Below, one piece after another: positions 1 through 13,500 of a stretch of DNA of 64,000 bases. Source of the stretch: Bilabrum cf. latius (taxonomy: Eukaryota); contig OZ237740.1 in the NCBI GenBank assembly GCA_965178125.1, positions 806,001 through 870,000 of the forward strand, written 5' to 3'. How positions within the stretch are numbered: position 1 is the first letter of the stretch; each line of letters begins with the position of its first letter. The position numbers and the translations under genes were made by a program. Below the pieces are notes generated by a model, which saw only the letters and a list, made by a program, of their open reading frames with translations, was not told the origin of the DNA and did no database searches.

Positions 1-1064
1 TCTCGCAGATCGACGCCAATCTGCAGCAGGAGGGTAAGGGCAGCGGGCTGGGGCTCGCCATCACGGAGAGCATCGTCAAGCTGCACGGCGGGGCGGTCGG
101 CTTCATGTCGGCCAAGGGTGTGGGGGCGATATTCTGGGGCTGGATCCGGTGCAGCACGCAATGGGAAGCACCGGGCAAACAGCTGTCTGGCCGCAATTTG
201 GGCGCAGGAAGCGAGCACGTGTCTGAGGCAGATGAGGGCGGTCGGGACAGTCCCAGGGCACAAGGCTCCTAGCATCAAATCAGCCCCCCGGCAAAGAAGG
301 CCATCCTAGGACCCAGGGCGGCTGACCCCTCCGCGGGCAAAGAGGGGTTTGCTGGTGCTGGGGGTTCGGCTGCTTCGGGTGCAAGGAGGGGGTCCCACAG
401 AGGATCCCTCAAGCCGGCTCCGTTGATGCCCCGCCGCCTGCTGTGCGTGGACGACGAGCGGTCGAACCGGAGGCTGCTCGCCAGCGCCGTGCGCCGGCTG
501 GGTATCAGCGAGGTGTATGAGGCCACAGACGGGATAGATGCCCTTGTGAAGCTGGGCGTGCCTCGCAGGCTGTGGGTGGGGTACAAGGGAGCCAAGGCAG
601 GGGACGTCACCCCCCCGGGTGGGGTCACTGCGGGGAACAAGGACACAGGTTTGGCGGCGGGGGGTGCAGCTGGCAAGGGCAGAGCCGAGGTTCGTGGCAG
701 TGCGCCCACGGCCGCCCAGGTGGCACCAATGCCGGAAGGTTTGCCCGCCGACGCGTCGTCGGGCTCCATCCCAGGCGATGTGGAGAACTTGCCACAGGTG
801 AGGCTGGGACCTGGCGACGTCATTCTGATGGACTACAGCATGCCGCTCATGGGAGGCGCGCACTGCACTAGGAGCATACGATCAGATCCTCGGTATCGCG
901 GTGTTCGTGTTATCGGCGTGACGGGCAATGTGCTGCTCGAAGATCAGCAGCGCCTGATATCGGCAGGTGCCGAACGCGTCCTGCCAAAGCCCGTCCTCCG
1001 AAGGACTCTGTAGGCCGCATTGATGTCTGCACCCGCTCGCCGACGGGCAGGAATCGCGATTTGA
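1..1064 (+). CDS. Hybrid sensor histidine kinase/response regulator, 3' part (5' end lies outside the window)
   Basis: Frame from nt 3 reads SQIDANLQQEGKGSGLGLAITESIVKLHGGAVGFMSAKGVGAIFW (HATPase G2 box). A receiver domain follows in the same frame: LLCVDDERSNRRLL...VILMDYSMPLMGG...IGVTGN...LPKPV. In-frame TAG at 270 and 1011; reading through 1011 completes the last receiver helix (RRTLQAALMS). Stop is TGA 1062-1064. Confidence 0.9.
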
Positions 1065-1142
1065 AAGGCCACAGTAGGTTACACTTTCTCAAGTGCAATT
1101 ACATTGCTATAAGCAAAAAAAAAAGAGAAATCCATCATCGCT

Positions 1143-1373
1143 TCACCTTCCAGCGCTGTCCAGGTAATCTTCCATTCGTTGCACCTCAAGCACTCCTTCG
1201 TTGACAAGTTGTTTAGCTCCTTCTGAATCAACGTACTGCTCCCTGAATCTGCTCTACACATAGAGCTTCATGGCTAGCCTGTCGTCTACGGTTCTGCATC
1301 GAGCTGCTGCCCTCAAGCAACGCCGGTACAGCGAGCAAATGGATCGTCTGACGGGAGTAGGGAGACGAATCAT
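1143..1373 (-). CDS. LYR-motif (Complex1_LYR-like) small protein, 76 aa
   Basis: Minus-strand translation MIRLPTPVRRSICSLYRRCLRAAARCRTVDDRLAMKLYV(TAG)SRFREQYVDSEGAKQLVNEGVLEVQRMEDYLDSAGR-TGA. LYRxxLR and the downstream RxxF motif are both present. In-frame TAG at 1254-1256. Confidence 0.8.
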
Positions 1374-1559
1374 GCACAATGATTCTTTAAGTTATCAGTT
1401 GCCCCGTCGAATCATCTGCGTTTAGCAGAATTCTATTTGTACAAGACATACTTGTCGCGTTCATCTTCATTTCAAGAAGTGCACTCGTCATCATTTGATG
1501 AAGAATCGCCGATTGTGCAGATGGCTTTTCCTCGCGTACAGTGCAAACCATAACAGGTC

Positions 1560-4500
1560 ATGGACTATGGTAGCGGTTTCGGGGATATATTGCATCATGC
1601 AGATTCCCAGAAGTTGCGACATTTGTGCTAGGTTGCTCCCCTTGCGACAGCAGAGATGCTGAACTTCCACCGCTACGGGACACTGCAACAGTCTAGCTTT
1701 CACTTGTTAGCCCGGGCTGAATCTCTTGGGGATGAGAAACTAGTGGCGATTGAGTCTGCTAGGGCTGGATTTGGCGTTCCTGTTGGTCTAGATGCCACAG
1801 GGAGATCACCCTTGCACGATGCTGTGGAGGCTTGCTCCCACAGAGTTGTAGACGCGCTTCTAGACGCCGGGGCTGAGCCAGACTTGACAAGCGATGGTTG
1901 CGGATGCAGTTGCTTATACTTGGCGGTGCGTCGGGGAGATACAAGCGTGGTGGCGTCGTTGCTAAGGAACGGGGCAACCGCAGACTTCAGCAGCGACTCT
2001 TCAACACCGCTTGTAGCCGCAGCACTGTCTGCAGACACACCGATGGCTGCTCTTCTTCTTGACGCCGTGAGTACATAAACGTGCCACTGCATATTTTACC
2101 AGGATGCCAGCATCGCACCACCGTGTCTCAGTCCGTATTTCGTGTCCACTCTCTCATGTCGCAGGGTCTCGCGGATCCGAACCTGCCTGCATCCAACACC
2201 GGGCAGCGCCCACTGGATGCCGTCTTGGAGTCAGGATCTGCCAGCATTACGCGCATGCTCATGCAGCGGGGGGCATGCGCCGAGGCCGACCACGAGACGC
2301 ACCTGGCGGTCCCCCGTCTCGTTGTGGCGGCGTCCAGCACGCGCACCCTAGGCGTCGCGAGGGAGATGCTGTGCGGTGGGGCCGACGCACTCGTCACATG
2401 TGGGGCGGGGATCGAGGGCCTGGGTGCTGCTGTGCGCGCCTTTGATCGCGCCGTGGGCACAAGGCCCGGGTATCCAACGAGCGTGCTGGGGCAGCTGTCT
2501 CACCGGTACACCGCGCTGGACGCGATTTGCCTGCTCTCTGCGCAGCTAGAGAGGGCACAAAACGCCCGTGCTGGGAGCTCACCGTTGGCAGCGAAGCGAT
2601 GCATGGATGCCATGAAGAAAGCAAAGTCACTGAAGGCAGCTGTTGACCTGGACGTTGACACAGACTCGGACGAAGGAGAAGCAGATGGAGAGGGGGCGCA
2701 GCCCGCGCCGCGTGGCAGGCCAAATCGCCGCAGCGCAACACGCAACTCTGCGCAATCAGGGCAAAGACCGCCTCAGCGCGGACCGCTGCGCTCCTAGCCC
2801 GAGTCCCTGCAGGGGCCTCCGGAAAAAAAGCGTGCTCGGGTGACCCCGAGCAGTGGCAGGAGCACGGATCGCACGGACTCGGAGTCAACGCGCGAGAGCA
2901 CAGTGGCCGAGCCTACCGAGGAGCAGGTGCGATCCCTGGTTCGGGTGCTCCTTGCAGCGACTCTCCGCCAAATCTCTGTCGACACTTTTCAGTTCACCCC
3001 AGGGTCTGGGGACCTGCGTGCTAGCAGGGCGCTAGTGGCGCACGGCGACGGCGTGAGGCGGGCAAGGGGTGCCGTGAGGTAGGAAATAGAAATGCTTCGG
3101 AAGGACCCGGCTGCTTACTGCCAGGCTTTGCGCACGGACACGCGTGACGAGGTGGTTCGTGCGCGTGCGGCGCGGCTCTGGGTGCAGACTCACGGCGATG
3201 CTGAGGGTGGAATCATCACCCCCCACGAGGCGCTGGAGCTGCGATTCTGCGCGCAACGGCGAGCCTCCGCAAGGGCACTGGCCCGGCTGCAGTCGGCAGC
3301 GGCGGATGCAGCCGCCGCAGAAGAGTCGTACCGTCGCACGGGCCAGGTGGAGCGAGAGGTGCGAGCAGCTGTAGACGAGGACGATGAAGTAGCTGCCCTA
3401 GGGGAACGGCCCTCCGGAGATGATGACGAACAGCAAGCCAGGGAGCTGCTCCGGACAGCGTAGGCGGGTGGCAAAACGCATAGATCGCCCTCGTCAACGC
3501 AAGCCAGGCGAAATGCTGCACCGATAACACCTGCTGCGACGCCGGATGAGGAATCTAGGCGCAGGCTGCAAGCCGTCCTAGCTTCGATGAGGACCGGAGA
3601 GGCACTGCCTGACGACGTTAGGGCCACGGGGCTTGGCGCCAACGCTGGTGGTGGCATGGTGATTGGCCTGGACGAGGCGGTCGGTTCCGGTGGATCCAAA
3701 CAATCAAGCAGCCGCATCGGAGGCAAGCGCAAGCGCGGGGCTGCAGCCGCGGCAGAGGCGAGGCTGGGCATTGCGGAGGGTGCCTTTGCCAGGAGAAAAG
3801 TATCGGTTAGGGTTGATGCAGCGGGGTAGGCCATCGGTGGTTCTGCCGCATCCGCAGCAGCTTCAGCCCCCACGCGACAAGCACAACCCGTGCTACCAGT
3901 TACTCAAATCGTGAATGGTCGCGCGTGGGGCGCCTCCACCGGTGGGTCGCCAGGCCGGCCAAAGAGCGCCGCGCAGAGGCTGATCGATCGTGCCAGGGAG
4001 CGGCGCGAGCGCCAGGCAAAGGAGGCGCAGGATCAGCTGCAGGCTTCCCCGCACGAGGCAGGCAAGAGCAAGAGCAGCGCGTCCTCGAGCTCTACTGCAG
4101 CCGGGCATCACATCCCTGGCTTGGTGTCGTCGCTGCTGCAGGCTCCGTCAGTGGCTGCATCCAGCGGGGGGACTGCCGCAGCTGCCCCTTCCATGCTAGA
4201 GCAGCTCGGTATTCGACCCAGCACGGGGGTTCCTCTGGCGACCGCGCTCGATGCTACTCCGGAAGAGCTGGGCAGCAAGGCTCGAAGGCATTGGAAGGAG
4301 GCAAAGAGAGGCAAAGGGGGCAAAGGGCGAGTCCTCGCTGCAGAGGCTGGGTCCAAAGCAGCAAAGGCAGCCAAAAAGCGCAGCAAGACAGCTGGCAAGC
4401 GCGTTCCAAAGTCGCCCTTGCAGATTCTGGGGGTTGGGAATGACAGCGGCTCGGATTCGGAAGAGGAGGAGGAGGACTCCGGAAGGAGCACGGATGAGGA

Positions 4501-4687
4501 GGGCGAGGAACAGGTGGGGGTGGAGACGGACTCGGATTCGGACGATGTCGATGTGGAGGTGCCGAGGCACAGGGGGGGGAAGGGCAAGGGTGCAAGGGGC
4601 AAGGGCTAGGCGCCTGCCAGCCGAGGGCCTGCCAGCCGGAGGCGCCTTCACAAGCGAAGCGCAAACATGTCGAGGACGAGGCGATGA
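1560..4687 (+). CDS. Ankyrin-repeat protein with a long low-complexity, basic/acidic C-terminal region
   Basis: Ankyrin motifs GRSPLHDAV, SCLYLAVRRG, STPLVAAA, GQRPLDAV. Intron 2067-2164 (GTGAGT...GCAG) joins LLLDA/GLADPN. The exon 2 frame is interrupted only by TAG (2795, 3080, 3461, 3827, 4607) and ends at TGA 4685-4687. The start ATG 1560 is inferred. Confidence 0.75.
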
Positions 4688-4835
4688 AGCATGTGTGCGT
4701 GACTGAATGTCTGCAAGTTACAACTCAGACGTGTCTAGATTTACAAGGCTACTTGCTGAATCCACTCAACCGATCCCTGAGATCCGAGATTGCACATTGG
4801 ATCAGATCCAAAGTACGGGCCGCGGCTCCGACTGG

Positions 4836-5965
4836 TTACCCCTTGATGGCGGGATCCACCGCACCGACGCTATCGCGATCGTGCGGCTTGTCAAAGCCGT
4901 GCTCAACGCCGACGGGCACCACACCGTAGGCGTTGATGGTCGGGTGAGAACCGTAGTAATGGTGCTTTATGTGCTGCATGTTCATCGTCTCTGCCACGCC
5001 AGGCAGCTGGAACATCTCCCTGCAGTAGTTGAGCAAGGAAGGCCTCTCCCGAATGAGCCTCATGTTGCACTTGAAGTGCACGGCATACACGGCGTCGTGC
5101 CTCCACAGGGTCATCACCAGCCTGATGTCGGCCTCCGTGAGCTTGCCGCCGACCAGGTACCTGTTCTTGGAGAGATGCTCCTCGAGGAAATCGAGGCCCT
5201 CCGAGAGCCCCTTGAAGGCCTCCTCGTAGGCCTCCTGGGTCTTGGCGAACCCGCACTTGTACACGCCGTTGTTGACCGGCTCGTAGACCTTCTCGTTCAT
5301 GGCATCGATCTCGGCACGGAGCGACTCGGGGTAGAGGTCCAGGCCCTTGTTGGAGGCGAACTCGTCCATCCCGTGGTTGAGCATCCGGATGATCTCCGAG
5401 CTCTCGTTGTTGACGACTCGCTTGGCCTTGAGGTCGACCAGCATGGGCACGGTGAATTTCTGCACGCCCTTGCCCTCCAGCTCGTAGTAGAGGTCGCGGA
5501 CGCTCTTGCAGCCGAAGTGGGGCTCCTCCTCAGCGCCCGGCATGTCCGGATCAGGCTTGAACATCCAGCCCCTGTGCGAATCTCCCCCTGGGTTCGTGTG
5601 CTCCCACACCGGGTGGCACACGGTCACGCCAATAGAATCCTCCAGCCCCTTCAGGGCCCTGATCGCTAGACATCTACAGGCCCAAGGGCACGCATACGAT
5701 ACATATAGGTGATATCTGCGGGTAGTGTATTGCTGGATGATTGAGAAAGAAAGGAAGGATCGCATGCGGCGACTTCGAAACGGGTTTGCAAGATTTAGTG
5801 CAGTGTCCTCAATCAAACCCACCTTCCTTTCTCGGCCGGGTAGTCTGAGCTGGGAATCTGGTTGCGAAACTGCATTTCAGTTCGCACAAAGGCACCCTTC
5901 TTGTCTGTTTCATCCAAGCTGTCGCGAGGAGCCGCAGCTTCTGTCGATGACGATACGGCTGCCAT
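4836..5965 (-). CDS. Glutathionyl-hydroquinone reductase (YqjG/ECM4-like omega-class GST)
   Basis: Motifs RYHLYVSYACPWA, FTVPMLVD, VNNESSEIIRML, VNNGVYKCGFA and HIKHHYYGSH. Intron 5716-5822 rejoins PAEKGR/YHLYV. Ends in TAA; no in-frame TAG. Confidence 0.95.
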
Positions 5966-6405
5966 GCTTCGGAAGATCCTCTTCGAATAGGCTCGAATTG
6001 AGTTGCGAACCTGAGAACGGCGCGAGATGGAAACTATTGTCATAAATTGATATCTTCAAGCTCACTCTGGATGCTAATGGTGGGCACTCCCAGCGTGTCG
6101 TCTTTACACAATCCACGCGTCGAGTGGGCACGTCACACAATTTAACCGTGTCACAAGCGCGAACTCACAACTCTATGAACCAGTATGTTGGTAGGAATTC
6201 AAGCTGGATTAAGCAGTTCTTGCGAATCCAAGACGATGGTGATGTACCAGAGTCTCTCTACTGTGAGCAATTTACACGGTAGCATTGGTCCAAAACTTCC
6301 ATTCCGGATGCGGAAGCATTTCAGCACCTTACAATGCAGAAAACCGAACGGAAGCGAAAGGGGCTTCCATAGAGACACATGCCACTAGGCGTGAGCAGAG
6401 CCAAC

Positions 6406-7392
6406 TCAGGGGTCCCCGATGCCCTCATCGTTGTAAAACTTCCACATACCGACCCTCAATGGCTCCATGACATCGAAGAGCTCCACCATCTTCTTCTCAG
6501 CTTCAGCTTGCTCAGTGTCGGGCACGATCTGGGCGAGCCAATCCTTCCTGTACGGCACAAATCCCAGCGCGGCACTGACAGCGGTGCGAACCAAGAACCC
6601 ATGTTTGGGCTGCAACGTGTTGGAATAAGCCGTGGAAGCACACGCGCTGAGCTCCTCCTTGGGCTTGTCCCGGAGCTCGGCTAGCATCGCGCATGTGAAG
6701 TCGAAGAACCTGCGACGTGCGTTGGAAATAAGCAGGTTCCTAATAAATGCATATCTACGCAGGGAGCAGTTGCGCAGTTCGGTCAGTTGATCGGTCGACC
6801 GGGGCTGTCGCAAGTAGCAGTGCGCTCCGATTCCGTACCGGACATCCAGTCAAGGACTCACCACAAGATTCGAGACGCCGCCTTGATTGCAGCCTCCCGG
6901 TCAGTCTTACTGACATCATTCGAATACTGCGCCGGTAAATGTGTATCGGATAGACTCGAGCCAAGTGGGCAAGCGGCAGGCCAGCAGTGTGGGACGACGG
7001 CGACAGCACGCCACCAGAGCTCGCCTGAGGTGATTAGAATAACTCACTTCGTATCCAACAAGATATTGAATCGTTGCCCGGTATGCCTTGCCGGATTCTT
7101 TCCAACTGTCGTGCTTCTTATCGTCTTTTCGGGCTTCGACTTGCTTCTTGCCCTCCCCTTCTTCGGCAGCCTTCATCAAAGCAAGCCGTTTGGACACCCT
7201 AGTCTAGTTTGTTGCTATGTCATCTGCAGCGAACCCAAAAGCCATTCCGAGGCTTCGAACCATCTTAATAACCTCAACAACGCCAACAAAGAACTCTTCT
7301 ATGGGTACATCGTGGCTGCGATCCTGCAACGCGCGAAAACTTGCAATGAGAACATCAATATTGAACTTGTCACTTCCTCCTGCTCCTGCCAT
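6406..7392 (-). CDS. Glycolipid transfer protein (GLTP) family protein
   Basis: Motifs SLGMAFGFAADDI and ASTAYSNTLQPKHGFLVRTAVSAALGFVPYRKDW. Introns 6927-7047 and 6710-6861 have matching phases. In-frame TAG at 7204-7206 in exon 1. Ends in TGA. Confidence 0.85.
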
Positions 7393-7594
7393 TGCGAACC
7401 AATGGTGTGTAAAGGGATGTTCATTGCAATCCGATATTTCGCAAATGTACGCTGTACAATAAAGCCGGGATCCGGCCAAGCAGAATAAAGCATTTGCAGT
7501 GCTCTCCTGCTGCGTTGGAGACTTTTGCAAGCTTTGCCAATTTTTTGTTGTAGACACTTGTGTCACATCGTACAAGCTAAACGGTTGCGGCATC

Positions 7595-10500
7595 ATGCGC
7601 AGCTTGTCGGTTTTGCTGCCGTTCGTTGCCTGTTTCGGTGCAGTTGCTCAAGAGCAGATCAAGCCAGGTGACTTCTTGTCCAGGTATGCTTCAGGCGGTG
7701 GAGATCCTTTATCGTACGTCTGGAGCGGCGGGTTTGCCTCGGGATCCCTCGAGCTTACCGCGGAGGGATACGGAGCCGAGGTGGACCTCTATGTGAAGCT
7801 AGGTACAGCTCCTGCAGGTGGTTGGACCCCTCAGGGCGCAGACTTCTAGCGGTCTGGATTTGAGGGTCTGAAAGACATATCATTGCAGCGCTCAGATGCC
7901 AATGTGGTGTCAAAGTGCGGAGGCGCCTCGAATGCCTGCGATGTGAACATTCTGGTAAAGGCGCCGACCGACTCTGCGTTTTTCGGGCTGTCTCTCGCCG
8001 CTGAGACGTCATAGAGCTAGTCCGCTCTGTACATTAAGGAGGGAGAGTCGCAGTTCGTGGATTTGCACGTGGTCCCGGGGGACGCGTCGACGTACTACAG
8101 GTACTTTACCTTCAACACCACCAAGGGTGGCTCGGTCCGCGTTGACGTGAGCGCCATCTCGGGGCAGCCGCTCCTGTACGTGGACAACGCCGCCGCTGGG
8201 CAGAATCCCCGCCCGACGAAGGAGAAGCACGACGTGGGGCCGGGCGGGCCGCCGGGCGACCAGTTCCTCCACCTCAAGCCCTGCGATCAGGACTCTTGCG
8301 CGTACGTCGCAGGAGTCATGGGCAACGGGTCCTCCAGCACGACCTTCATGATCACGGTCAGCGACGGGCTGGAGCTCATCGAGCTCCCCGACGGCGAGAC
8401 GATCGACTACGAGCTGCAGGCGGACGGGCAGGTCCTCTTCGATTACCGGCTGCCCTCCAACCTGGCAAAGGTGTCGGGCGTCCCCGTGTCGATCCAGACC
8501 ACGGCACGGGGCGGAGGCATCAACTGGATCTTCGTCGACATCGTCAACAGCACCACATGGGCCACCCGGAGGCCTACTTCCGGTTTCGCGGACTACCAGT
8601 CCACGAGCCCGCTGGGCACCCAGGGCGTGGCCATGTATCCCACCGACGCACAGTTCAAGGCCCGCTGCTCCAACTCCGAGCTGAGCAAGGGCAACTGCCG
8701 CGCCGTCATCCTCGTGTACGGCCTCATCGCCGGGCCCTTCGACATCGCGGCCATCTCGTACGGGATCGTCACGGAGCTCAAGGACTCGGAGCCAATTTTC
8801 GCGGCGGTACCGGCCAAGGGCACCGACTACTTTGCGTTCGACGTGGACCTCAGCGCCGCCGGCGGCAAGAAGGCCGGTTACCCCATCGAGATCAACGTGG
8901 ACGTGCTGGCAGGTACGCCGGACGTGTTTGTGTCCACGCAAACGCTGACACCCGGGCCGGACAACAACATCTGGAGGAGGCTGTACACCGGCTCCAACTA
9001 CACGATCAAGATCACCCCGGATGATCCGCACTACGTGTCGCAGGGTACCTACTCGATCGCAGTGCTGGGCTACAACGTGGCGGCGGACTTCTAGATCCAG
9101 GCCAACGTGGACCGGACGGGCCAGTTCGCGTACCCCTTGGTGGACGGCGTGGCAACGTATGCCTCTTCTGACCCGCACACCATGCGCTACTTTATGTTCA
9201 ACGCGACGGGGCTGACGACCAAGTCGGCCGTCGAGTTCGTCGCTGAACCATTCTGGGGTGGTGCCACGGACCTCTACGTCTCCAACACTGGGGCTGGCAA
9301 CCAGCCAGTGTTCCCGCTGGTGAAGTGCATCAAGTGGTCTGGATCCACGGGAGAGTGCACTGGGTGGACTGTGGACCCTACCACGTACCACTTCAGCAAC
9401 GTGGGCACTGGCGGAGAGGTTTCCGTCACCATCCAGTACAAGGATTTCAACCACGACAGCCTCTTCATCGTCGGCGTCTTCGCAAACTCGGACGAAGGCA
9501 GCAGCTACACGATCAAAGGCACGGAGCTGAACCCAGAGCCACTGCCTAGCCCCACCGTGCAGCCCACCAACCAGCCGGTGCCGGGTGGCGCGCTGCCAGA
9601 TGGCACTCCCGTGTTCGGTTCGATCGATTCTTGGCAGCAGCCGGGCGTGATGTATTACACGTACACGCTCGTGGCACCAGCGAACCAGGACACGTTCCAG
9701 CTGGACATTTCTGCCGAGAACATCATCGGTAATGTCAACATCTACGCCTCGGACGTGATGGTGCACCCCACCGACAGCGCGACGTGGAAGGCCACCGTTG
9801 ACTACGAGTTGTCCTACCTCACCATCACCAGCGACCAGCTCTCGCCCGACTGCAAGACGGCCGCCACGACTGGCACTGGGTGCTCCATCTACGTCGCGGT
9901 GCAGCCTGCGTATGCTCTCGTTATCTGCGAGTACCGCTTGCTTGGCTTCATTGTGGGGGACACGTCTGCCCCCATGCAGCCCAACGCCGGCGTGCAGGCT
10001 CCGTTCTACGCCCAGCCAAAGATGGACTACTACCTGCGCGGGTCCATCGCCCCCGCGCAGCAGCCCGTCGGCGACGATGACGGCAGCTGGACGTCGACGC
10101 TGAGCTCCAAGGTGTCGACAGGAGCACAGCCCAGCCCTGGTGCGCGCCCGTCGTCCGCCACTTCCAAGCAGCTGCGCGACGGCATGATGAGCAACCCTGC
10201 CATGGTAAACCAGGTGATCCGCGATGCAGCGGAGGCTGGCAACGAGATGGAGATCTCTCGCCTGACCATGGAGCAGATGGCGCGGCAGGCCAGCGGAAGC
10301 AACGTCATCGAGATCGGCGAGGTCCGACTGGGGGCCCGGCACACAACCTTTAAGGTCACCGCTCAGCTGGGTGACACTGAGGCCAGGGGCGCGATCTACG
10401 CGAACATCGGCTACGGCAAGCAGTTCTACGGCGGTGGCACGGACTCGAGCGACAAGACTGCGTACGTGTACGAAGGCATGGGCGTGCTGTCGATCGACGG

Positions 10501-13500
10501 CAGCGATCCCCTGTACTGCGCTGGATGCCCCGTGCGCGTGACATTCAAGCTGGAGGACACCTCAGCCACGTCCACGGTGCTCATCAAGTACGAGACCACT
10601 CAGTCGAGCGACCCGGAGCCCGATGAGCTCGTCAGCGGCATCCCAGCCATCGGGTCGTCGCCTCTCAACCAGTACTCGTACTACCAGCTCACTCTGCCGC
10701 CGGAGGAGGCAGCCACAGGCCCGACCGTGCGGTTCTCGCTCACGGGGCAGTCGGGCACGCCCATCGGATACGTCCGTGTGGCGGACCCGAGCTACCCCAG
10801 CCAGTACCCGAACGCCACCTTCTCTCGCTGGACCCTGCTCGACGGCGAGCCCCTCGTGATCAACAAGAACTCGATCGACTACCCCGCCAAGGGCGGCACG
10901 TTCGTTGTGGCCGTGCTGGCTTCAGGCTGGGGCCCGGCGAGCTTCTCCATATTGGCCACTGTTGGCCAGGACATTGACCGCCTGCTGACAGGCGAGGTCC
11001 TCACCGACGTCGTGTCCCAGGGCGACTACACGTACTACTCGTTCGAGGCGTGCTCGTTCGGTACCACGTGCAACAAGCCGGTACAGATCCTGTGGCAGCC
11101 CATCTACGGCGACGTGGAGGTGTACGTGGTGAACGACTATGCTCCCGGAGACAACAAGCAGGGGTTGCCGAACGAGAACAACGCCAACGCGTGCAAGGGT
11201 ATGCCGGGAGCGCACGGCATGACCCTGTCGATTGGTGGGCAGCACAAGTGCTTCGACCCGTCGAAGCCAACGTACACGATCGGTGTCAAGGGAAACAGCA
11301 ACAGCATCGGAGTGACGCAGACCGAGTTCATGATCGTGGCCAAGGCCGTCTCGGACCCCATCATCCTCGAAGAAGGTAGGCCCTTCCCGATGACGTCGGG
11401 CCTGGGCCAGGGTTCGTCTATCGAGTACATCCTCAACGTGCAGGGCAACGCACAGGACGTGCTGGTATCGGCCGAGTCGGCGGGCGGCAACCTCACGCTG
11501 GCGCTGATGTCTCCCCAGGCCGGTGCCCCGTGGACTGCGTGGCCCAAGTGCATCGGCAAGACTCCGTACGTGTCGTGCTCGAGCCGCATCTGGCAGCAGA
11601 GCACGGGATCTAGCCCCGTGCTGTAGATCAGCCACGAGCACCCGTGCCAGCCCACGATTGCCAGGGGCGAGTCCGTGTCAGCCACGTGCACCGATGACGT
11701 GTTCCAGTCGGGCTTCTGGAACATGGTGGTGTACGCCGGGTCCGACGATTCAGACATCCGCGTGTCGTATTCTCGCGGTGGAGACACCCAGCTGCTCGTG
11801 AACGGGGAGGAGACGCAGGGCAGGACTACCCAGCAGATCGTCTGCACGCAGCGGGACGCGGGCACGGGTGCATGCAGCAGCACAGGCACCAAGTACCCTG
11901 CCAGGGAGGTGTCGTACTATGAGGCCGACATCGGCGTGAACGTTGCCCAGTCCGGCCAGGTGCAGCTGTCGCTCGCCCGCATGTGCCAAGGATCGAAGTC
12001 GGGTCCCTGCGGCCGTGGCGTCGTGGCATTCACCGTATCGTGCTGGTCTCACGACTGCACCTCGATGCAGAAGCAGCCCTATTGGGGCAACGCCGAAACT
12101 ACCGTCACCGTGAATTCCAACCAGGAGTCGCAGCTTGCGACCGTGTCCACCGCCGGCTGCTCTGGCAGCCCCAAGTTCGGATCCACGTGCATCGTCAACA
12201 TTGCAGTCTTCGCACAGTGCGATGCCCAGCCGGGCACGTCTTGCGGCCAGCTCGTGGACTTCATGATCGGCTACGAGGAGATCTCTGGAGGAGGTGCCAT
12301 CTTGGTGGATGGCCACTGTTTCGAGGACGGCGTCGCCTGCACCATGCCGCGAGTCACCGTCCCGGCCGGTGATGCCGTGCAGGCCCTGTACGAGATTCCC
12401 GTGCCTCCAGCCGACAACCCGCTCTACGGCAAGAAGCTATTCCTCGGGGCGCAGAGCTGCCGCGGGTCCATCAACCTGTTCCAGTGCGACATGAACCCCA
12501 ACTCCAAGTGCTCCACGGGGGGCGCGAACCGCCCGGGTCCCGGGAACTATGACAACACGGCTTCCGTGCAGGCCCCGAACGGCATGGCCGGGATTGCCAT
12601 GTCGCAGATCACGTACGAGACGTACCTGGGCGTGCTGGGAGCGGACAACACTGGCAACAACCCCGAGTTCGAGATTCAGGTCGTGGCGCAGGGGGCGACC
12701 ATGCTGCAGACCCAGAACGACGGGATGTACGTCACGTACACGAGGGAGGGCGACGGCGACAAGCCCAACCTGCTGTTCTCTGCAGCCTACGAGCCGCCTC
12801 AGATCGCCCGGTACGGCGTGACGGGGGGTCAGTACACCGCCTCCAAGGCTGGTGTGAGCCTGTACGTCATCCCGTTCGACGATGCGGACCACGCTCTCCC
12901 CGCTGACTCCGTGCTGAACACCGGATGCGGCCTCAACGAGACGGTGGTGGCCATCCTGGCACGGGCCCAGGCCCGGGACAAGGCCAACGAGCTCGAGGCG
13001 GACGCTGCTTCGCAGCACGCAGCCGCGATGAGCAAGCTGCTTGCCTCCACGCCCAAGGATGACGCGTAGTACGGCATGGTGAGGAAGCAGGCCATCCGTT
13101 CCAGGGTGCGGCTGGCCGACGCCGTGGCTCGAGCCGAGGTCAAGGCGAGCGCCTGGGTGACCGAGGGGCTGCGGGTGAAGCACCGGCTGGTTGGCGGCGA
13201 CTTCTCCCCGTTCGAGTTCTCCGGGCTGCCGTACGGTCGCAAGTACCAGATCAACGTGGTGTTCCAGTGCGGCTACCAGGACTGCTACAGCAGCTACGGA
13301 CAGCTGGTGCAGGCCGCCTTCAGCCAGTCGATCGCGGTGGACCTGACCAGCGGACCTCCTGGACCGCCCATGCCCACGTGGGGCCCCAACCCGTCTGCGT
13401 CGCCCGGGCCGAGCGGACCCGGAAAGAGCAAGGGCAACGGCGGCAAGATCGCAGGCATCGTGATTGGAGCCCTCGTGGGTGTGGGCCTCGTCGGTGGGCT

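Noticed and set aside
8009-10342. 777-aa minus-strand ORF and similar long antisense ORFs (4707-5669, 12437-13729, 31049-32524)
   Set aside because: They are shadows of codon-biased genes on the opposite strand and have no recognisable motifs.
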